Below are positions 59,116 through 64,000 of a stretch of DNA of 64,000 nt, piece after piece. This stretch comes from Macrostomum hystrix (Eukaryota > Animalia > Platyhelminthes). A program made the translations under genes and the position numbers. Position 1 is the stretch's first letter, and each line of letters opens with the position of its first letter. The stretch covers positions 2,170,001-2,234,000 of the forward strand of contig CATNEN010000014.1 in the NCBI GenBank assembly GCA_950097015.1, written 5' to 3'. The notes beneath the pieces are model-generated. The model searched no databases. It was not told the DNA's origin and was given only the letters and a program-made list of their open reading frames with translations.

Positions 59116-62043
59116 ATGGGAGGCTGTCTGGCCAAGGGCGGCGTCGATGCTGCTCAGCGGCGAGCGGCGATTGAGAAGTACAAATGTGAGTCCGCCTGAG
59201 CACATCTGCGAATTTCATTGAGTCGGTTTGTTAGAATGCACTCACTGGAATTTCAGTGTCCGATGAACAGCTGGCCAAGGTGGAGACACTTTTCTACGAA
59301 TGCGCGCACAGAAAAAGCTGCGTGAGGTATCCGGTAAGATAATGGGAAATTAGCCTGATGCAGTATCCGGTAAGATAATGGGAAATTAGCCTGATGCATT
59401 ATCCGGTAAGATAATGGGAAATTAGCCTGATGCATTATCCGGTAAGATAATGGGAAATTAGCCTGATGCATTATCCGGTAAGATAATGGGAAATTAGCCT
59501 GATGCAGTATCCGGTAAGATAATGGGAAATTAGCCTGATGCATTATCTGGTAAGTTAATGGGAAATTAGCCTGATGCATTATCCGGTAAGATAATGGGAA
59601 ATTAGCCTGATGCAGTATCCGGTAAGATAATGGGAAATTAGCCTGATGCATTATCCGGTAAGATAATGGGAAATTAGCCTGATGCATTATCCGGTAAGAT
59701 AATGGGAAATTAGCCTGATGCATTATCCGGTAAGATAATGGGAAATTAGCCTGATGCATTATCCGGTAAGATAATGGGAAATTAGCCTGATGCATTATCC
59801 GGTAAGATAATGGGAAATTAGCCTGATGCATTATCCGGTAAGATAATGGGAAATTAGCCTGATGCATTATCCGGTAAGTTAATGGGAAATTAGCCTGATG
59901 CATTATCCGGTAAGATAATGGGAAATTAGCCTGATGCATTATCCGGTAAGTTAATGGGAAATTAGCCTGATGCATTATCCGGTAAGATAATGGGAAATTA
60001 GCCTGATGCATTATCCGGTAAGTTAATGGGAAATTAGCCTGATGCATTATCCGGTAAGTTAATTGGAAATTAGCCTGATGCATTATCCGGTAAGATAATG
60101 GGAAATTAGCCTGATGCATTATCCGGTAAGATAATGGGAAATTAGCCTGATGCATTATCCGGTAAGATAATGGGAAATTAGCCTGATGCAGTCAGTCAGT
60201 CAGTCAGTCAGTCAGTCAGTCAGTCAGTCAGTCAGTCAGTCAGTCAGTCAGTCAGTCAGTCAGTCAGTCAGTCAGTCAGTCAGTCAGTCAGTCAGTCAGT
60301 CAGTCAGTCAGTCAGTCAGTCAGTCAGTCAGTCAGTCAGTCAGTCAGTCAGTCAGTCAGTCAGTCAGTCAGTCAGTCAGTCAGTCAGTCAGTCAGTCAGT
60401 CAGTCAGTCAGTCAGTCAGTCAGTCAGTCAGTCAGTCAGTCAGTCAGTCAGTCAGTCAGTCAGTCAGTCAGTCAGTCAGTCAGTCAGTCAGTCAGTCAGT
60501 CAGTCAGTCAGTCAGTCAGTCAGTCAGTCAGTCAGTCAGTCAGTCAGTCAGTCAGTCAGTCAGTCAGTCAGTCAGTCAGTCAGTCAGTCAGTCAGTCAGT
60601 CAGTCAGTCAGTCAGTCAGTCAGTCAGTCAGTCAGTCAGTCAGTCAGTCAGTCAGTCAGTCAGTCAGTCAGTCAGTCAGTCAGTCAGTCAGTCAGTCAGT
60701 CAGTCAGTCAGTCAGTCAGTCAGTCAGTCAGTCAGTCAGTCAGTCAGTCAGTCAGTCAGTCAGTCAGTCAGTCAGTCAGTCAGTCAGTCAGTCAGTCAGT
60801 CAGTCAGTCAGTCAGTCAGTCAGTCAGTCAGTCAGTCAGTCAGTCAGTCAGTCAGTCAGTCAGTCAGTCAGTCAGTCAGTCAGTCAGTCAGTCAGTCAGT
60901 CAGTCAGTCAGTCAGTCAGTCAGTCAGTCAGTCAGTCAGTCAGTCAGTCAGTCAGTCAGTCAGTCAGTCAGTCAGTCAGTCAGTCAGTCAGTCAGTCAGT
61001 CAGTCAGTCAGTTTATTAAGTCGTCATTCACTCGGTCAGCTCTAAAGATTCTGTGAACGGGTTCCAGGGTTTCCGCAGTCTGTACGCCGCGTCTCGCTTC
61101 GAGCACAGCGAGGAGGACATCGAGACCGTGTTCTGCGTGCTGGCGAAGCCGCCCTCCCTGGACGGCTCAATCGACTTTGATTCATTTGTGAGGCTGACGC
61201 TGCTGTGCAACCGCGGCAAGGAGGTCGAGGGAGCGAGCGATGAGGACCGAATGAAGGGTGAGCGTTTTGGCTTTTCCCCCGCGGTGTCAGCTGTCAGTGA
61301 CTGTGTCAGCTGTGAGTTTTCAGTGAGTGTGTCAGCTGTCAGTTTTCAGTGAGTGTGTCAGCTGTCAGTAATTGTGTCAGCTGTCAGTGAGTGTGTCAAC
61401 GAGTGTGTCAACGAGTGTGTCAACGAGTGTGTCAGCGAGTGTGTCAGCGAGTGTGTCAGCGAGTGTGTCAGCGAGTGTGTCAGCGAGTGTGTCAGCGAGT
61501 GTGTCAGCTCTCGTGCTCAGCCTAAGTCCTTGGTGTTCCCGCAGTGCTATTCGATGTGATGGACTCGGACCACAGCGAAGCGATTTCGGAGGCCGAGTTT
61601 CAGCGCTTCGTTCTTAACTTTGTGGACGACGAGACGACGACGAACAAGATGTTTGGCAGGCTAGACTCTGTGAGCTGCGTAGCTGCTTCTGAGCCAGAAA
61701 TTTTCCATTATTTAATCAATCAATAATCAATGAACCAGTCAATCAACAAACTATCAACTGATCAATCAATAAACAATTTATCGATCAATCCTTAAACTAT
61801 CGATCGATCGATTAATCAATGCTCTTATCAACTAAATGTTGCCGGTTGCAGCGATTAAAATCAAACAGAATCCAGAATCAGCGGATTATTATTCAATTAT
61901 TCAATCTGTCAATCTGTCAATCTGTCAATCTGTCATTGCAGGACAACAGCAGGGAAATAGATTTGGCCGAGTTCTGCTCATTCTGCAAGACCAACAGGAA
62001 GGTCTACCGAACAATGTGCTCTTATGTCTTCCCAATCGAATAA
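59116..62043 (+). CDS. EF-hand calcium-binding protein with N-terminal MG myristoylation-like motif (NCS/calcineurin-B-like size), 5 exons, about 187 aa
   Basis: Exons 59116-59185, 59257-59333, 61068-61257, 61545-61669, 61942-62043; phase-consistent. MGGCLAK start; degenerate EF1 (KSCVRYPGF), EF2 (PSLDGSIDFDSF), more canonical EF3 DSDHSEAISEAE and EF4 DSDNSREIDLAE. Confidence 0.8.
59327..60190. repeat. 36-bp minisatellite, 24 copies, whose unit includes the exon 2 / intron 2 junction TATCCG|GTAAGA
   Basis: 864 bp / 36 = 24; unit (T/G)TATCCGGTAAGATAATGGGAAATTAGCCTGATGCA. Confidence 0.97.
60191..61011. repeat. apparently uninterrupted (GTCA)n tetranucleotide microsatellite, about 205 copies
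   Basis: Direct inspection. Confidence 0.97.
61283..61510. repeat. 12-bp minisatellite (GAGTGTGTCAGC) in EF-hand intron 3
   Basis: Direct inspection. Confidence 0.9.
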
Positions 62044-62514
62044 CTGCTTGTCCTGTCAAATGTACTGTAACTATGGATACTTTTTGTACTCTTATCGCTT
62101 GCAAAGCTGTCAACCCCAGGTCAATATTGATTGATTGACTTGTGATTTGGTTGCTAAATGGGTAGAATAAAACAACACCTCACCGCTCGTGCCCCCTGTT
62201 TATGACCTTGCTCATATCCTGCGTATGATCGAGCTCATGCCTTGCTTATGACCCTATTTATGACCCTGCTCATATCCTATTTATGACCCTGCTCACGTAC
62301 CTGCTCAGTGGTAATGTGTTATTTACTGCTCATTTCTGAGTCGCGCATTAGTCCGGTAAATTTGAGGCACGAAAAGTAAAATAGTTTTCGAAGCCAAATT
62401 TTCAGTCAATGAATTGGAAACTTTCAAATTGGAGTTTTTTTATTAATTAATTTTATGACAAAACCAGAAACTAACTACGAAACGGAATAAAACAGTCTAT
62501 GATAGTACGGAAAT

Positions 62515-63045
62515 AGAGAGTGACAGACACAGAGTGACCTAGATGGAGAGTGACAGACATGGAGTGATCTAGATGGAGAGTGACAGACACAGAGTGATCT
62601 AGATGGAGAGTTACAGACACAGAGTGATCTAGATGGAGAGTGACAGACATGGAGTGATCTAGATGGAGAGTGACAGACACATAGTGATCTAGATGGAGAG
62701 TGACAGACACAAAGTGATCTAGATGGAGAGTGACAGACACAGAGTGATCTAGATGGAGAGTGACAGACACAGAGTGATCTAGATGGAGAGTGACAGACAT
62801 GGAGTGATCTAGATGGAGAGTGACAGACATGGAGTGATCTAGATGGAGAGTGACAGACACAAAGTGATCTAGATGGAGAGTGACAGACACAGAGTGATCT
62901 AGATGGAGAGTGACAGACAAGGAGTGATCTAGATGGAGAGTGACAGACACAAAGTGATCTAGATGGAGAGTGACAGACACAAAGTGATCTAGATGGAGAG
63001 TGACAGACACAGAGTGATCTAGATGGAGAGTGACAGACAAGGTGG
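62515..63045. repeat. 30-bp minisatellite (GAGTGATCTAGATGGAGAGTGACAGACACA), about 18 copies, immediately 3' of the tyrosinase stop
   Basis: Direct inspection. Confidence 0.95.
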
Positions 63046-63054
63046 ATGCATGAT

Positions 63055-64000
63055 CTATCCCTTGGCGGCATGCGGGTGCTGCTCCAGGAAGCGGTTCAGC
63101 TGGTCCTGGAAGTGCCGGCTGTGCAGTCGGTACTGCGGATGCAGGAAGCCACGGCGGCAGTTGGTGAAGTGCCAGAGGCTCGGCTTAGGCAGGCGGCCCT
63201 CGGCCTCCAGGCGGCGCCGGACGGGTTCGCCGAAGTCCAGAGTGTCGTACTCGTAGCCGAGGGCGGCGATGTCGGTGAAGACCTGCTCGTGCCGGATCGG
63301 CGGGTAGAAGCCGACCATGAAGCTCTGGCGGTCGTGGCCCGGCGACACGTTGATGTTGGCCATTTCGAACGGGTGCGGATGGTGGCGGAGGAACCACATG
63401 TGGACGATGCGGCTGACCTGGGAGTGGTGCATGAAGAAGATCGGGTCGTTGGGCGCCGTGGCTGCGCAGCAGAAGCTGCCGGTAACGGAGTCGTGCACCT
63501 GGCGGCGGGGGCGGGACGGGACGAGCGACTGGTTTGGCGACTAGTTGCAGACACTCAGAGTGAAGCACTTTAATCAAGACGTCACTCTCTCCACCTGTCT
63601 GTCACTCTCCACCTGTCTGTCACTCTCCACCTGACTGTCACTCTCTACCTGTCCCTCACTCTCTCGAGATGTCTGTCACTCTCTAGACGTCCGTCACTCT
63701 CCACCTATCCATCACTGCACCTGTCAATCACTCTTCACCAATCCATCACTCTTCATCTGTCCGTCATTCTCCACCTGTCTGTCACACTCTCCAACTCTCA
63801 ACCTGTCTGTCACTCTCAATACCTCTCCATCTATCTGTCACTCACTCCACCTGTCCACCTGTCAATCAAAGCTGTAATCACAGCCCACCTTGTTGTGCAG
63901 GGTGCCAGTTGAGCCATAGAACTCGGCCGGTCCGCAGTGGCCCTCCAGATAGCGCCCGAAGCCGCAGTTGTCCAAGTCCTGCGCCGGCTTCTTGAACTCA
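63055..64000 (-). CDS. Tyrosinase-family (type-3 copper) protein, last two exons; 5' part beyond the window
   Basis: Exon 64000-63889 (...FGRYLEG...GTLHNK|gtgggc) joined in phase 0 to 63498-63055 (gccag|VHDSVTGSFCCAATAPNDPIFFMHHSQV...LGYEYD) gives the CuB site LHNxVH...NDPIFxxHH. Confidence 0.9.
63580..63865. repeat. degenerate 18-bp minisatellite (GTCACTCTCCACCTGTCT) in the last tyrosinase intron; inverted relative to 62515-63045
   Basis: TGTCTGTCACTCTCCA (63596-63611) is the exact reverse complement of TGGAGAGTGACAGACA (62544-62559). Confidence 0.88.

Noticed and set aside
59327-60190. Hammerhead-like look of the 36-bp unit (CTGATG-hairpin-GGAAA)
   Set aside because: A9 is missing, extra Gs precede GAAA, and there is no stem I/III or cleavage triplet.
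59327-61040. Alternative EF-hand splice GTATCC (59327) to the acceptor at 61039
   Set aside because: It is in frame but uses a weaker donor and disrupts EF-loop spacing; the GTAAGA/61067 model fits better. Not excluded without cDNA.

Overview
Eukaryotic (metazoan) genomic DNA with GT-AG introns, GC-rich exons and roughly 40% of its length in about 37 distinct mini/microsatellite arrays. The style (GC-rich poly-Q exons, introns inflated by private 15-90 bp tandem units) resembles the flatworm Macrostomum; that assignment is inference only. Nine protein-coding loci were reconstructed by hand with frame-consistent splicing: 3' end of an SR/RS-domain gene (+), a DMAC2/ATP5S-like LRR protein (+), an FHL2-like 4.5-LIM protein (+), an ETNPPL/PHYKPL class-III aminotransferase (-), a peptide-type rhodopsin GPCR (+), a ZDHHC1/11-like palmitoyltransferase (-), a J-domain protein with two C2HC zinc fingers (+), an N-myristoylation-motif EF-hand protein (+), and the 3' end of a tyrosinase (-). 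Also present: three copies of a tRNA-headed CORE-like SINE and a 5'-truncated RTE-like LINE relic. The most striking unexplained features are (i) an intron made of 24 tandem copies of its own 5' splice junction, (ii) a candidate type I hammerhead ribozyme at 35221-35273 (-), (iii) a predicted 3'-UTR intron built from GTGAGT repeats, (iv) mutually inverted minisatellite pairs bracketing terminal exons, and (v) the J-domain/C2HC zinc-finger architecture. All splice models are predictions without transcript data, and repeat boundaries and copy numbers are approximate.
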